From contig CAZJMX010000006.1 in the NCBI GenBank assembly GCA_964547345.1, positions 41,187 to 105,186 of the forward strand: 64,000 bases of DNA. The letters are read 5' to 3'. Positions 54,473 to 64,000 of the stretch are shown here, one piece after another. The DNA is from an uncultured Smithella sp. (GTDB lineage Bacteria; Desulfobacterota; Syntrophia; Syntrophales; Smithellaceae). The position numbers and the translations under genes were made by a program. Within the stretch, counting starts at the first letter, position 1; the number at the start of each line of letters is the position of its first letter. The notes under the pieces were generated by a model. That model had not been told where the DNA came from. It did no database searches and saw nothing but the letters and a program-made list of their open reading frames with translations.

Positions 54473-57115
54473 TCACTTCGTCAGTATCTTTTCCAGTGCA
54501 GGAAAGATATTCGCCAGATTTTCCGGCTGGGTGCCGCCGGCTTGGGCCATGTCGGGGCGGCCGCCGCCTTTGCCGCCGACTATCGGGGCCAGTTCCTTGA
54601 TGATGTTTCCGGCGTGGAATTTATTGGCAAGATCCTTGGTGACCATACACAAGAGCAAGGCTTTATCGTCGGCTTTGCTGCCCAGCAGAATAACGCCGGA
54701 GGCCATTTTGTCGCGCAGCTTGTCGCCGAAGTCGCGCAGCGTTTTGGCATCGGCAATGCTCACTTCGGCGGCCAGTACTTTAACGCCTGCGATTTCTTTT
54801 ATCTGACTCATCAGGTCGCCGGAATCCTTGGCGGCAAGTTTTCCCTTAAGCGCTTCAATTTCTCTTTCCAGCTCACGGGTCTGCTTTAAAAGCTTATCGG
54901 CGCGGTCATACACTTCAAAGTGCCCGGCTTTGAACAATCCCGCCGTGCGCCTGAGTTCTTCCTCGGCCTTCTGAACGTGGAGAAGTGCTTCCTTCCCGGT
55001 GACGGCCTCCAGTCGCCGCACGCCCGCAGCAATCGCCGATTCATGCATAATTTTAAGCAGGCCGATGTCGCCCGTGCGCTCCACATGCGTGCCGCCGCAA
55101 AGCTCCATGCTCATATCGCCCATTTTCACAATGCGCACGGTCGCGCCGTATTTTTCGTCAAAGACCGCCGTCGCACCGGTTTTGAGAGCGTCTTCAAGTG
55201 AACAGACATCCGTCTGAACCGGCAGGTTCTTGCGGATGATGTCGTTTGCGATGGTTTCGACGCGCGCGAGTTCTTCATCCGTGATTTTGGAAAAATGGGT
55301 AAAGTCGAAACGCAGCCGCTCGGCGTTAACAAGCGAGCCGGATTGTTTGATATGGTCGCCCAGAACGGCTTTAAGCGCCGCCTGCAACAGATGCGTGCCG
55401 GAATGATTGGCGGCGATGGCGCGGCGTCTTTCCAGATCAACCACCAGACGGGCGCTCACGCCGATCTTCACGTCACCTGTCCGGACAACGCCTTTATGGA
55501 CGATAAATTTCTCAATGGGTTTTTTCGTATCTTCAACGATGAAATGGAAACCCTGCCCCTCCAGGTAGCCTGTATCGCCTGCCTGACCGCCGGATTCTCC
55601 GTAAAAGGGCGTGGTATCGAGGACGATTTCGGCCTTTTGGCCGGCGTGCGCCGCATCTGCCGGCTTTCCATCCACAAATATCGCCGTGACTTGCGCCTCG
55701 TCTTTCCTGACGGCCTCGTATCCGCAAAACTCGCTGACAACGCCGGCGCTTGAAACCTTGAGATAGCATTCCGCCACGGCTTCTTCTCCGCTGCCTTTCC
55801 ACGCGCCGCGAGCGCGTTCGCGCTGGCGTTCCATCTCGGCCTCGAAGCCTTCCGTGTCGAGCGTGATCTTATCTTTTTTGACGATGTCCGCCGTCAGATC
55901 CACGGGAAAACCAAACGTGTCGTAGAGTTTAAAAATCACTGCGCCAGGCAGAACCGACTGCCCCGCATTTGTAAGCGCCGCTGTTTCTTCCTGCAAAATG
56001 CGCAGCCCGGCATCGAGTGTTTCCATGAAACGCTGTTCTTCGTTGAGGATCACCTTGGTGATATAAGAAGCCTTGTCCGCGAGATCCGGATAGGTGTACT
56101 TCATCATGTCGATGATCACCATGGCCGCTTCGTTCAAAAACGGTTTGTTGATACCGAGCATTTTTCCGTGGCGCGCGGCGCGGCGCAGGATGCGTCTGAG
56201 CACATAACCGCGGCCTTCGTTTGCGGGCATAATCCCGTCGCCGATTAAAAAAGTAACGGCGCGGCTGTGGTCGGCAATCACCCGGATGGAGACATCGTTG
56301 TCTGCGTTTTTGCCGTAGGATTTACCTGAAAATTTTTCAACAAAACGGATAATCGGCGCAAAAAGGTCGGTATCGTAATTGCTTTTGACGCCCTGAATGA
56401 CGGCGGTGAGGCGCTCCAGCCCCATGCCCGTGTCGATGCTGGGTTTGGCAAGCGGCGTGAGTTTGCCGGTTTCGTCGCGGTCATACTGCGTGAAGACGTT
56501 GTTCCAGATTTCCAGATGGCGGTCGCAGTCGCAATAGACGTCGCATTCGGGACGGCCGCAGCCTGTGCCTTCCCCCTGATCGAAGAGAATTTCAGAGCAG
56601 GGACCGCAGGGGCCGGTTTCGCCCATCATCCAGAAATTGCTTTTTTCGCCCATGCGGACAATGCGGTCCGCGGAGACTTTCATTTTCTCGTGCCAGATTT
56701 TAAAGGCTTCGTCGTCGTTTTCAAAAATCGTCACCCAGAGTTTTTCTTTAGGGAGCTTCACGACATCGATCAGATATTCCCAGGCCCAGGTAATAGCCTC
56801 TTCCTTGAAATAATCGCCGAAGGAGAAATTGCCCAGCATTTCAAAAAAGGTGTGGTGGCGCGCGGTGTAGCCGACGTTTTCCAGGTCGTTGTGCTTGCCG
56901 CCGGCGCGGGCGCATTTCTGACAGGTGGCCGCTTTGGTGTAGCCGCGGTTTTCCAGGCCTAAAAACGCGTTTTTAAACTGCACCATGCCCGCGTTGGTAA
57001 ATAGCAGCGTGGGATCGTCCTTGGGGATGAGCGATGAACTCGTCACCCGCGTGTGCCCTTTGCTTTCAAAAAATTTTAAAAAACTTTCCCGTATCGCATC
57101 ACCCGTCGTAACCAT
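54473..57115 (-). CDS. alaS: alanine--tRNA ligase
   Basis: LLFTNAGMVQFK, HHTFFEMLGNFSFG, DTGMGLER, editing HSGTH and [19 protein letters not shown] motifs. Confidence 0.98.
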   Translation of the reverse strand: MVTTGDAIRESFLKFFESKGHTRVTSSSLIPKDDPTLLFTNAGMVQFKNAFLGLENRGYTKAATCQKCARAGGKHNDLENVGYTARHHTFFEMLGNFSFGDYFKEEAITWAWEYLIDVVKLPKEKLWVTIFENDDEAFKIWHEKMKVSADRIVRMGEKSNFWMMGETGPCGPCSEILFDQGEGTGCGRPECDVYCDCDRHLEIWNNVFTQYDRDETGKLTPLAKPSIDTGMGLERLTAVIQGVKSNYDTDLFAPIIRFVEKFSGKSYGKNADNDVSIRVIADHSRAVTFLIGDGIMPANEGRGYVLRRILRRAARHGKMLGINKPFLNEAAMVIIDMMKYTYPDLADKASYITKVILNEEQRFMETLDAGLRILQEETAALTNAGQSVLPGAVIFKLYDTFGFPVDLTADIVKKDKITLDTEGFEAEMERQRERARGAWKGSGEEAVAECYLKVSSAGVVSEFCGYEAVRKDEAQVTAIFVDGKPADAAHAGQKAEIVLDTTPFYGESGGQAGDTGYLEGQGFHFIVEDTKKPIEKFIVHKGVVRTGDVKIGVSARLVVDLERRRAIAANHSGTHLLQAALKAVLGDHIKQSGSLVNAERLRFDFTHFSKITDEELARVETIANDIIRKNLPVQTDVCSLEDALKTGATAVFDEKYGATVRIVKMGDMSMELCGGTHVERTGDIGLLKIMHESAIAAGVRRLEAVTGKEALLHVQKAEEELRRTAGLFKAGHFEVYDRADKLLKQTRELEREIEALKGKLAAKDSGDLMSQIKEIAGVKVLAAEVSIADAKTLRDFGDKLRDKMASGVILLGSKADDKALLLCMVTKDLANKFHAGNIIKELAPIVGGKGGGRPDMAQAGGTQPENLANIFPALEKILTK

Positions 57116-57593
57116 CAACGTCTTCCTCCACTTTTTTTCCCAATTCTTTTAAGATCAGGCCCGGTGGGAATCCTCGTCCCATCAGGCTTTGAAAAATTCT
57201 CTGCTTTTCTTTCACATCCAGGAGAGGCGCTTTCTTTTTGGCCGCCTTCTTTCTGATCAGGATTTTGATTGCTGCTTCTTCCGTTAATTCCTGACGCGCC
57301 GACGCAACGGCGTCGTCAATCAAACGGGCCTGTATGCCTTTTTCCTGCAAACCGGCCGAAATTTTACGATTGCCCCAGAGTTTGTTAACCGCCAGATTGC
57401 GCGCCCATTGCAAGGCAAAAGACGCGTCATTGAGATACTTCAAATCGTGGAGTTTTTCCAGTGCTTCTTTAATAACAACTGCGGGAAAACCTTTTTCCCG
57501 CAGTTTCTTTTCCAACTCTTTTTCCGAATGCGGCCGCAGCGATAAAAGCCGGTAGGCTTTTTGCTTCGCTGCCGCCAGATCTAATACTTTCAC
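57099..57593 (-). CDS. recX: regulatory protein RecX
   Basis: LLSLRPHSEKEL, YLNDASFA and LMGRGF motifs; directly follows recA. Confidence 0.88.
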   Translation of the reverse strand: MKVLDLAAAKQKAYRLLSLRPHSEKELEKKLREKGFPAVVIKEALEKLHDLKYLNDASFALQWARNLAVNKLWGNRKISAGLQEKGIQARLIDDAVASARQELTEEAAIKILIRKKAAKKKAPLLDVKEKQRIFQSLMGRGFPPGLILKELGKKVEEDVDGYDG

Positions 57594-57594
57594 G

Positions 57595-58626
57595 CTATTC
57601 TTCCTGCTGCGCGATCCCCAACTTGGTGCGGACATCGCTTTCGATCTGAACCATGAGGTCATGATTTTCTTTCAGGAAAACGCGGGAGTTATCGCGTCCC
57701 TGGCCCAGCCTGTCGCCTTTATAGGAATACCACGCGCCGCTTTTCTCGATGATGCCGTTTTCCGCCGCCAGATCCAGCACATCGCCTTCGCGGGAAATGC
57801 CCTCGCCAAAGATGATATCAAATTCCGCCTCACGGAAGGGCGGCGCCATCTTGTTTTTAACCACTTTGACCTTGGTTCGAAAGCCAACCACTTCCTGGCC
57901 GTTTTTGATGGAGGTCATCTTGCGGATATCGAGCCGCTGCGACGAATAGAATTTCAAAGCGTTGCCGCCGGTAGTCGTCTCCGGATTGCCGAAGAAAACG
58001 CCTATTTTCATGCGCAGCTGATTGATGAAAATCACGGTGGTTTTGGATTTGCTGATCGAGCCGGTGAGTTTGCGCAACGCCTGAGACATCAACCGCGCCT
58101 GCAAGCCCATCTGGGCATCCCCCATTTCACCCTCCAATTCCGCCTTAGGCACCAATGCCGCCACGGAATCGACAACTAAAACATCGAGTGCGCCGCTACG
58201 CACCAGCGTTTCGGCAATTTCGAGGGCCTGTTCGCCCGTATCCGGCTGGGAAATTAAAAGATCATCCGTGTTAACGCCGATCTTCTTGGCGTAAGTTACA
58301 TCCAGGGCATGTTCTGCGTCAATATAGGCCGCAATGCCGTTTTTCTTTTGCGCCTCAGCAACAACATGCAAAGCCAACGTCGTTTTTCCGCCGGACTCCG
58401 GCCCGTATATTTCAATCACGCGGCCGCGCGGAACACCGAACGTTCCCAGTGCAATATCCAGGCTTAGCGATCCGGTGGAAATGGCCGGAACATCCGCCAC
58501 CCGCTCCGAGCTGCCCAGTCTCATAATCGATCCCTTACCAAACTGCCTTTCAATCTGCGTGATCGCTAAATCCACGGCCTTCGACCTGTCCATATCTGCA
58601 CACATAATATCTTTATCCTCCTTCAC
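57595..58626 (-). CDS. recA: recombinase A
   Basis: [24 protein letters not shown] and GGNALKFY motifs. Start may be a downstream ATG. Confidence 0.98.
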   Translation of the reverse strand: MKEDKDIMCADMDRSKAVDLAITQIERQFGKGSIMRLGSSERVADVPAISTGSLSLDIALGTFGVPRGRVIEIYGPESGGKTTLALHVVAEAQKKNGIAAYIDAEHALDVTYAKKIGVNTDDLLISQPDTGEQALEIAETLVRSGALDVLVVDSVAALVPKAELEGEMGDAQMGLQARLMSQALRKLTGSISKSKTTVIFINQLRMKIGVFFGNPETTTGGNALKFYSSQRLDIRKMTSIKNGQEVVGFRTKVKVVKNKMAPPFREAEFDIIFGEGISREGDVLDLAAENGIIEKSGAWYSYKGDRLGQGRDNSRVFLKENHDLMVQIESDVRTKLGIAQQEE

Positions 58627-58642
58627 CCTGTTGTTTTTTATA

Positions 58643-58677
58643 TAGCTTGTAGCTCATGGCTCATCGTTCGTGGTTAA
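58643..58677. repeat. degenerate heptamer array upstream of recA
   Basis: tagcttg|tagctca|tggctca|tcgttcg|tggttaa. Confidence 0.55.
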
Positions 58678-58754
58678 ATCGTTCGCGACTTGGCGCTGCC
58701 AGTATCGTGCGTCTAAAGCTTCTTTACAAAAGTATTGTGCTGCAAATCCGCTTG

Positions 58755-58780
58755 GAACAAGGGGTTGCAACCCCTTGTTC
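58755..58780. repeat. REP-like perfect palindrome, copy 2
   Basis: gaacaaggggttgcaaccccttgttc. Confidence 0.85.
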
Positions 58781-59039
58781 TGGGGCATTGGCTCATACCT
58801 ATTCAAAGGTATTTCTGACGCACCATACCAGATCACAGCTTTTATGCCTTGTACTCAGCCATCTGTTTCTTGTCCAGTTTAAAAAAATCGCGCCTCTTTC
58901 CTTCTTTTGTCCCCCGCTGGCGGGGGTGAAGGGGGTGGATGCGGAAATCCTTTTTTTATTTTTCGCCTCTCTTTGTTGAGAAAGTTGATAAGTTAACAGC
59001 ATCTCTCTGTCTCTCTTAAGGGAATCAGGAATCCCGTTT

Positions 59040-59621
59040 TCATATCAGCGGAAACACGGCCAGCTTTGTATAACTGGCCCCCTGAGGCCCCAGCCGGCTT
59101 TGAAACAAAATGAATTCCCGGACGACAAATTCCCCCGCATGGAAATGCTCGTGGCGCCCCAGGACCTTCTCGATGCCGCCTGTCGCCTGAAATGCTTTGA
59201 GCCGGGCCAGCGTGACATGGGCGCGATACATCCGGTTTTCGCGCGCAAAGCCCTGCGCCTCGAAATCGCCGTCGAGCGCACTTTGCAGCGCCAGAAGTTT
59301 TCCCACCTCGCCGGTTACGTGAGACCACAGCACGCGCGGTTTTCGCACATCGGGAAAAACGCCCAGCTTCTCCACGGCAAGCGTCAGCGGCGAAAAGGCA
59401 TCCGTTCTTTTTTTCACTGCGGCGCTGATGTTTTCCGCATCGGCCTGGCTGATATTATCGAAAAATTTCAATGTCAGGTGCTGGCCTGTCGACCGCGTCC
59501 AGCTGACTTGTCCTGTGATTTCCTTGCGGAGCTTGTCCTGCTCGCGCGCGATGGCTGCAAGCAAACGCTCGGGAGGTTCAATGGCCAGAAAAGCACGGAT
59601 GTCTTTTACCCAACTTGCCAT
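59040..59621 (-). CDS. thpR: RNA 2',3'-cyclic phosphodiesterase (2H family)
   Basis: RAFLAI, HLTLKF and HVTLAR motifs. Confidence 0.92.
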   Translation of the reverse strand: MASWVKDIRAFLAIEPPERLLAAIAREQDKLRKEITGQVSWTRSTGQHLTLKFFDNISQADAENISAAVKKRTDAFSPLTLAVEKLGVFPDVRKPRVLWSHVTGEVGKLLALQSALDGDFEAQGFARENRMYRAHVTLARLKAFQATGGIEKVLGRHEHFHAGEFVVREFILFQSRLGPQGASYTKLAVFPLI

Positions 59622-59624
59622 CCC

Positions 59625-60872
59625 CTAACGTCTCTCCTGTAAATAATTTTTCAGCATCATGAGCGCCGTCTCCGCTGAAACCTGCTTGTTTCTTTTGCGA
59701 TCCCAGCGAAACGAATGATGACGGCAAATCGTTTGGCGTCCGTCGGAAAGTGCTATAAAAACCGTCCCGACCGGCTTTTCTTTTGTGCCTCCGGAAGGTC
59801 CTGCAATACCGGTAGAAGACAAGCCCAGATCACATCCGGAAAGTCTCCGGACACCTTCCGCCATCAGGCGCGCCGTCTCTTCACTCACCGCACCCTGCTT
59901 TTCGATGACGTCTGCGGAAACGCCGAGCATTTGAATTTTCGATGGGTTGCTGTACGTAACCAGACCGCGTTCAAAGTAGGCTGAACTGCCCGAAACGTCC
60001 GTGAGGCGATGGGCAATAAGCCCCCCCGTGCAGGATTCGGCCACGGCAAGGGTCAGTTTCTTTTCCATGAGTATTGCCCCAATGATTTCCTCCAGCGTTT
60101 GTTCGCCGTATGAAAAAATGCAATCTCCCAGCCGTAAATCCACCTCATCCTGCGCCTGTTGCAGATTTTTTTGCGCCTGTTCACGGGAATCGGAACGCGC
60201 AATCAGCACCAGATGATTTTCGGGAAAAACGGGATAAAATCCAACGCTCACCCCGAGGGCGTCAAAATTCACATCCGCCAACCTTTCATCCACCGCCGCC
60301 TCCGAGAAGCCAAAGGTTTTGATCGTCTGCTTCACCATCTGCTTTACTGCTTGCGGAAAATGACGGCGCAAAACCGGGATGACGCCTTCCGGCAGCATCC
60401 GGTGGGTTTCAGAAGGAACGCCGGGAACCACAAAAACCAGCTTGTTTCCGACCGGCAGGGCAAAGCCTGCCGCGGAGCCTGCGGGATTGGGAATCACTTC
60501 CGCACCCGCGGGGAACATGGCCTGTTTTGTATTGTTTTCCGTCCAGCGCAGGTTATACCGGACAAATTTCTCTTTGAGATCGGCCAGAACTTTTTCATCT
60601 GTGTATAAGGGCAGATCAAACGCGCTGGCCACCGCAGCCGTTGTAATATCATCGGCCGTCGGTCCCAGGCCGCCGGTGCAGATCACGGCGTCGGTAAAGG
60701 ACAGAAGATAATGCAGGCGGGCTTTGATGATATCGGCCTGGTCGCCCACAGACATCATGATTTCAACCGGCCAGCCCTGTAAATTCACCTCCCGCGCGAT
60801 AAACGATGAGTTCGTGTCGGCCGTGCGCCCGTTCATTAATTCATTGCCGATGGTGAGGATGCCAATCTTCAT
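59625..60872 (-). CDS. cinA: competence/damage-inducible protein A (with NMN deamidase domain)
   Basis: IGNELM, TGGLGPTADD, AESCTGG and TGIAGPSGG motifs. Confidence 0.95.
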   Translation of the reverse strand: MKIGILTIGNELMNGRTADTNSSFIAREVNLQGWPVEIMMSVGDQADIIKARLHYLLSFTDAVICTGGLGPTADDITTAAVASAFDLPLYTDEKVLADLKEKFVRYNLRWTENNTKQAMFPAGAEVIPNPAGSAAGFALPVGNKLVFVVPGVPSETHRMLPEGVIPVLRRHFPQAVKQMVKQTIKTFGFSEAAVDERLADVNFDALGVSVGFYPVFPENHLVLIARSDSREQAQKNLQQAQDEVDLRLGDCIFSYGEQTLEEIIGAILMEKKLTLAVAESCTGGLIAHRLTDVSGSSAYFERGLVTYSNPSKIQMLGVSADVIEKQGAVSEETARLMAEGVRRLSGCDLGLSSTGIAGPSGGTKEKPVGTVFIALSDGRQTICRHHSFRWDRKRNKQVSAETALMMLKNYLQERR

Positions 60873-61336
60873 AATACCCCTGTTAATGCCAATAGGAATA
60901 ATACCAGTCCGGCGTAAACGCCTGCACCGAGATCATCGGCCACGACGCCCCAACCACCGGGCAGATTCTGGAGACGATCCACGGGGAAAGGCTTCCAGAT
61001 ATCGAAAATGCGAAAAAGAACAAACGCCGCACATAAATACAATCCGGTAATCGCCACAGGCAGCATCGTGACCTGAAGGCCTGCAATTTCGTCAATGACA
61101 ATCCGTTGATCATCTTTTTTCCCGTAAAGAGCTTCCGCCTGACCGGCAACATAAATAGAGGCGGCGGAGATTGTAACCACAAAGACCAGACGAAAAACCC
61201 ACGGCAGAGGATAGCTGAGCAGGCAAACCAAAACGCCAACAACAGAGCCGGCCGTTCCCGGTACAACAGGCGACAAACCTGCGCCAAAGCCCGTAGCCAG
61301 TAGCTTGATGATTTTATCTTTTCCGGCGGTCGCCAC
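60869..61336 (-). CDS. pgpA: phosphatidylglycerophosphatase A
   Basis: PGTAGS, IVIDEIAG, FRIFDIWKP and VADD motifs. Confidence 0.93.
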   Translation of the reverse strand: MATAGKDKIIKLLATGFGAGLSPVVPGTAGSVVGVLVCLLSYPLPWVFRLVFVVTISAASIYVAGQAEALYGKKDDQRIVIDEIAGLQVTMLPVAITGLYLCAAFVLFRIFDIWKPFPVDRLQNLPGGWGVVADDLGAGVYAGLVLFLLALTGVL

Positions 61337-61588
61337 GTCAATTCCTTAATAGTATTATTATTATCAGCAAGTTAGATATGAGAAACCTAGCCTCTTTTTC
61401 GGCGCGTGTCAAACTTTTTCAACAGCCTTTTCAAAGCAGATATCACCAGAACGCCAATTAGAACGTTCGTTCTATATCATACACTTTTGAATGCTGTCAA
61501 GCAATCTTAATAGATGGCCCGTTTAAATTTGGCAGGGTCGCCAAATTATGGTATGTGGCTGTCAAATAAAGGAATTTCAGAGAAAAAT

Positions 61589-62080
61589 ATGATCCCTATT
61601 GTATCCATTGTCGGCAAATCCAACTCTGGAAAAACAACGCTTCTGGAAAAACTAATCGCTGAGCTTACGGCAAAAGGCCATCGCGTCGCGACCATCAAAC
61701 ATAACAAGCATGGCTTCAACATCGACCACGAAGGCAAGGACAGTTACCGGCATAAAAAAGCCGGCGCGCGGATGACGGTCGTCTCCTCTCCCCAGCAACT
61801 GGCGCTTGTGCAGGATGTCGATCACGATCATTCATTTGAAGAAATCCGGGACAAGTTCATTTCCGGTGTGGATATTATATTAACCGAAGGCTTCAAGGTT
61901 AATGACTATCCCAAAATAGAAGTCTATCGCGCCTGCCTCAAACGTGATCTGATCAGTAAAAAGGAAGATGGCCTGATTGCGGTCGCGACCGATATCAAGC
62001 TGGAGGTAGATGTCCCCTGCTTCGACATTAATGATTCAAAGATGATTGCGAATTTTATTGCAGAGAAGTTCCTAAAATAA
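61589..62080 (+). CDS. mobB: molybdopterin-guanine dinucleotide biosynthesis protein B
   Basis: GKSNSGKTT, IKH, GKDSYRH and EGFK motifs. Confidence 0.93.
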   Translation: MIPIVSIVGKSNSGKTTLLEKLIAELTAKGHRVATIKHNKHGFNIDHEGKDSYRHKKAGARMTVVSSPQQLALVQDVDHDHSFEEIRDKFISGVDIILTEGFKVNDYPKIEVYRACLKRDLISKKEDGLIAVATDIKLEVDVPCFDINDSKMIANFIAEKFLK

Positions 62081-62163
62081 AAAAAACTACTTTTTTTGCT
62101 AAAAATCCGTCCAGCGGGACGATGTGAACCCCTCGATTGGCGCTTTTTTTATTTCAGCTGAAA

Positions 62164-62745
62164 CTATTTTCGCTTATAAATGAAATTGCGAATTTCGGGC
62201 TGGCCTAAGAACTTGACCTCGACATGGCGCAATCCCTGAGAATCGGACCATAAACGCAGTATTTTGCCGTCGGCGGTTGTTTCCCCTTTTTCAAAAACAA
62301 ATTTTATTTCAACAAGAGATCCGACTTTCGGAGATGCGCAATCATTTTCCTGCAGGAGCAAATGAGTCCCCCCTCCGGAAACGTCAACGATCTGAGTTTC
62401 CTGATCATAGCAAAAAGCGCGCATTTTGGGCAGCACGATGAAATTGATTCTAGGCCATAGACGCAGGTCGCAGGCAAAAGGATGAGTAAGCTGCCTGATA
62501 ATAATCCGATGATCCGAGGTAATGTTTTCAATTCTGGCCTGAAAGCCTAAGCGTTGGTTTTTTTGCTTTACGGGGCAATAGGTGAAGAAAAGCAGCGACA
62601 TCAGCGCCGAACTATCCAAAACGGGTTGGGTTTGTTCAACAGCAATCCTGCTTTCATCCAAAAACTCAATAAAATGAGATCGACGGACATCGTCTTCCAT
62701 CAGACGCAGTTGAATTTCATCTTTTTTCCGAATATCCGAAAGCAT
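62164..62745 (-). CDS. PilZ domain protein
   Basis: RLWPR (RxxxR) and DVSGGG (DxSxxG) motifs. Start codon uncertain. Confidence 0.75.
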   Translation of the reverse strand: MLSDIRKKDEIQLRLMEDDVRRSHFIEFLDESRIAVEQTQPVLDSSALMSLLFFTYCPVKQKNQRLGFQARIENITSDHRIIIRQLTHPFACDLRLWPRINFIVLPKMRAFCYDQETQIVDVSGGGTHLLLQENDCASPKVGSLVEIKFVFEKGETTADGKILRLWSDSQGLRHVEVKFLGQPEIRNFIYKRK

Positions 62746-62907
62746 AAAAATATTTTCCTCACGAAAGATATCTTGCCTTTCCGGTTCAGGCAAGTGCCAT
62801 AGCCTGCATGCGCCATCGCGCAACAAAGCATGACATCCTTATGGTAACGGTCAAAAAATCATAATCTTTAGAAAAAAACCGATACGCCCGTCACAATTTA
62901 TTCCGGA

Positions 62908-63999
62908 TTACGCTTTGATCTTTAAATGATCCTGCAAATGCTTTTTAAATGCGGCGAAGTCTTTGGACATGTTGACAGCGCTGCCTTCGCGACAAAGCAG
63001 ATCTTTCATGCTCTCCGGCAATTCGGGTTCGACGCCCAGCAGACGTTTAATCTCTTCCGGAAATTTGGCCGGGTGCGCGGTTTCCAGACAGATAGCCAGC
63101 TTCGAATCACCGGTTTTGGCAAAATAGGCCTCGAGTCCGGCCCAGCCCACCGCGCCATGCTGTTCCAACACCACATGATAGCGTTCATAAACCCTTTTGA
63201 TGGTTTTGCGGGTCTCCTCGTCGGAAACGCTCACGGAGAAGATGCGGCGGCGCATTTCGTCGATGTCAGGATAACGATGCACCACGCCCACACGGTCTAC
63301 CGTGCCGCCGTAGAGTTCAAAGAAGCGCGCCAGATTGCTGGGATGCCCGACATTCATGGCGTTGGAAATACAGGCGCGCGACGGAGATACTTTTGCATAC
63401 TTACCGCTTGCCAGAAAATTGGGAAATTCGTCATTTTCATTGGTGGGCATAATGAGCTTGGCCACCGGCAGTCCCATCCGGCGCGCGTATTCGCAACCCA
63501 GGGCATCACCGAAGTTCCCGGAAGGCACGGAAATCAGGACTTCTTCATCCGCCCCTGCGAGCTGGGCATAGGCGTAGACATAATATACGATCTGCGGGAG
63601 AATCCGTCCGAAGTTGATGGAATTGGCCGATGATAAATTAAACCGGGAAAGTTCCGCATCGGCAAAAGCTTCTTTCACCAGATTCTGACAGTCGTCGAAT
63701 TTTCCATCCACGCAAAGCGCTCGGACATTTCCGCCGATGGTGTCGAGCTGCTTTTTCTGCATCAGGCTCACTTCGCCCGCCGGATAGAGAATGGTCACAT
63801 CAATGCCCGCAACACCCTTATAAGCCTCGCCCACGGCGCTGCCGGTGTCGCCGGAGGTGGCGACCAGGATGTTGAGCCTCTCCCCTTTCGGGCGGCAGTG
63901 GCTCATGAGTCTGGCCATCATGCGCGCGGCAAAATCCTTAAACGACGCCGTCGGCCCCTGATCGAGACGCATCACAAACGCCCGCGGATAAACCGCCTC
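62908..63999 (-). CDS. thrC: threonine synthase (5' truncated by window)
   Basis: GPTASFKD, ATSGDTG, SANSINFGR, PSGNFG and TAHPAKF motifs. Confidence 0.95.
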   Translation of the reverse strand, partial: EAVYPRAFVMRLDQGPTASFKDFAARMMARLMSHCRPKGERLNILVATSGDTGSAVGEAYKGVAGIDVTILYPAGEVSLMQKKQLDTIGGNVRALCVDGKFDDCQNLVKEAFADAELSRFNLSSANSINFGRILPQIVYYVYAYAQLAGADEEVLISVPSGNFGDALGCEYARRMGLPVAKLIMPTNENDEFPNFLASGKYAKVSPSRACISNAMNVGHPSNLARFFELYGGTVDRVGVVHRYPDIDEMRRRIFSVSVSDEETRKTIKRVYERYHVVLEQHGAVGWAGLEAYFAKTGDSKLAICLETAHPAKFPEEIKRLLGVEPELPESMKDLLCREGSAVNMSKDFAAFKKHLQDHLKIKA

Positions 64000-64000
64000 C

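Noticed and set aside
53499-54889. Plus-strand ORFs 53499-53879 and 54470-54889 with near-identical peptides
   Set aside because: Antisense shadows of the duplicated alaS 3' end, not a gene family.

Overview
Bacterial chromosomal window of roughly 50% GC (estimated by eye). Gene content suggests an anaerobic, fatty-acid/acyl-CoA-metabolising Desulfobacterota-type organism, possibly Syntrophus/Smithella-like; this is inference only. Most of it is housekeeping or metabolic: gap-pgk-tpiA and pyk, prpE, a FadB-like enzyme, a TetR-RND efflux operon, clpS-clpA-aat, pgpA-cinA-thpR-recA-recX-alaS, mobB and thrC. No rRNA, tRNA, CRISPR array, transposase or integrase was recognised. Five things stand out. 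(1) A defence-like island lies between alaS and clpS. It contains a diverged but still open second copy of the last 52 alaS codons, so a reverse-order PIN/Phd toxin-antitoxin pair sits between two alaS 3' ends. An N6-methyltransferase plus putative nuclease pair and a stand-alone BsuBI/PstI catalytic domain follow. (2) A eukaryote-type bifunctional PFK-2/FBPase-2 lies downstream of pyk, next to the glycolytic operon. (3) A two-lipoprotein operon pairs a CEMIP/TMEM2-like G8 beta-helix protein with a pentaheme cytochrome, and the two share related signal peptides. (4) An apparently leaderless XRE / membrane protein / site-2 protease / signal peptidase cluster. (5) Dispersed heptamer arrays and a REP-like perfect palindrome. 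All calls come from motif recognition by eye; no database searches were run.
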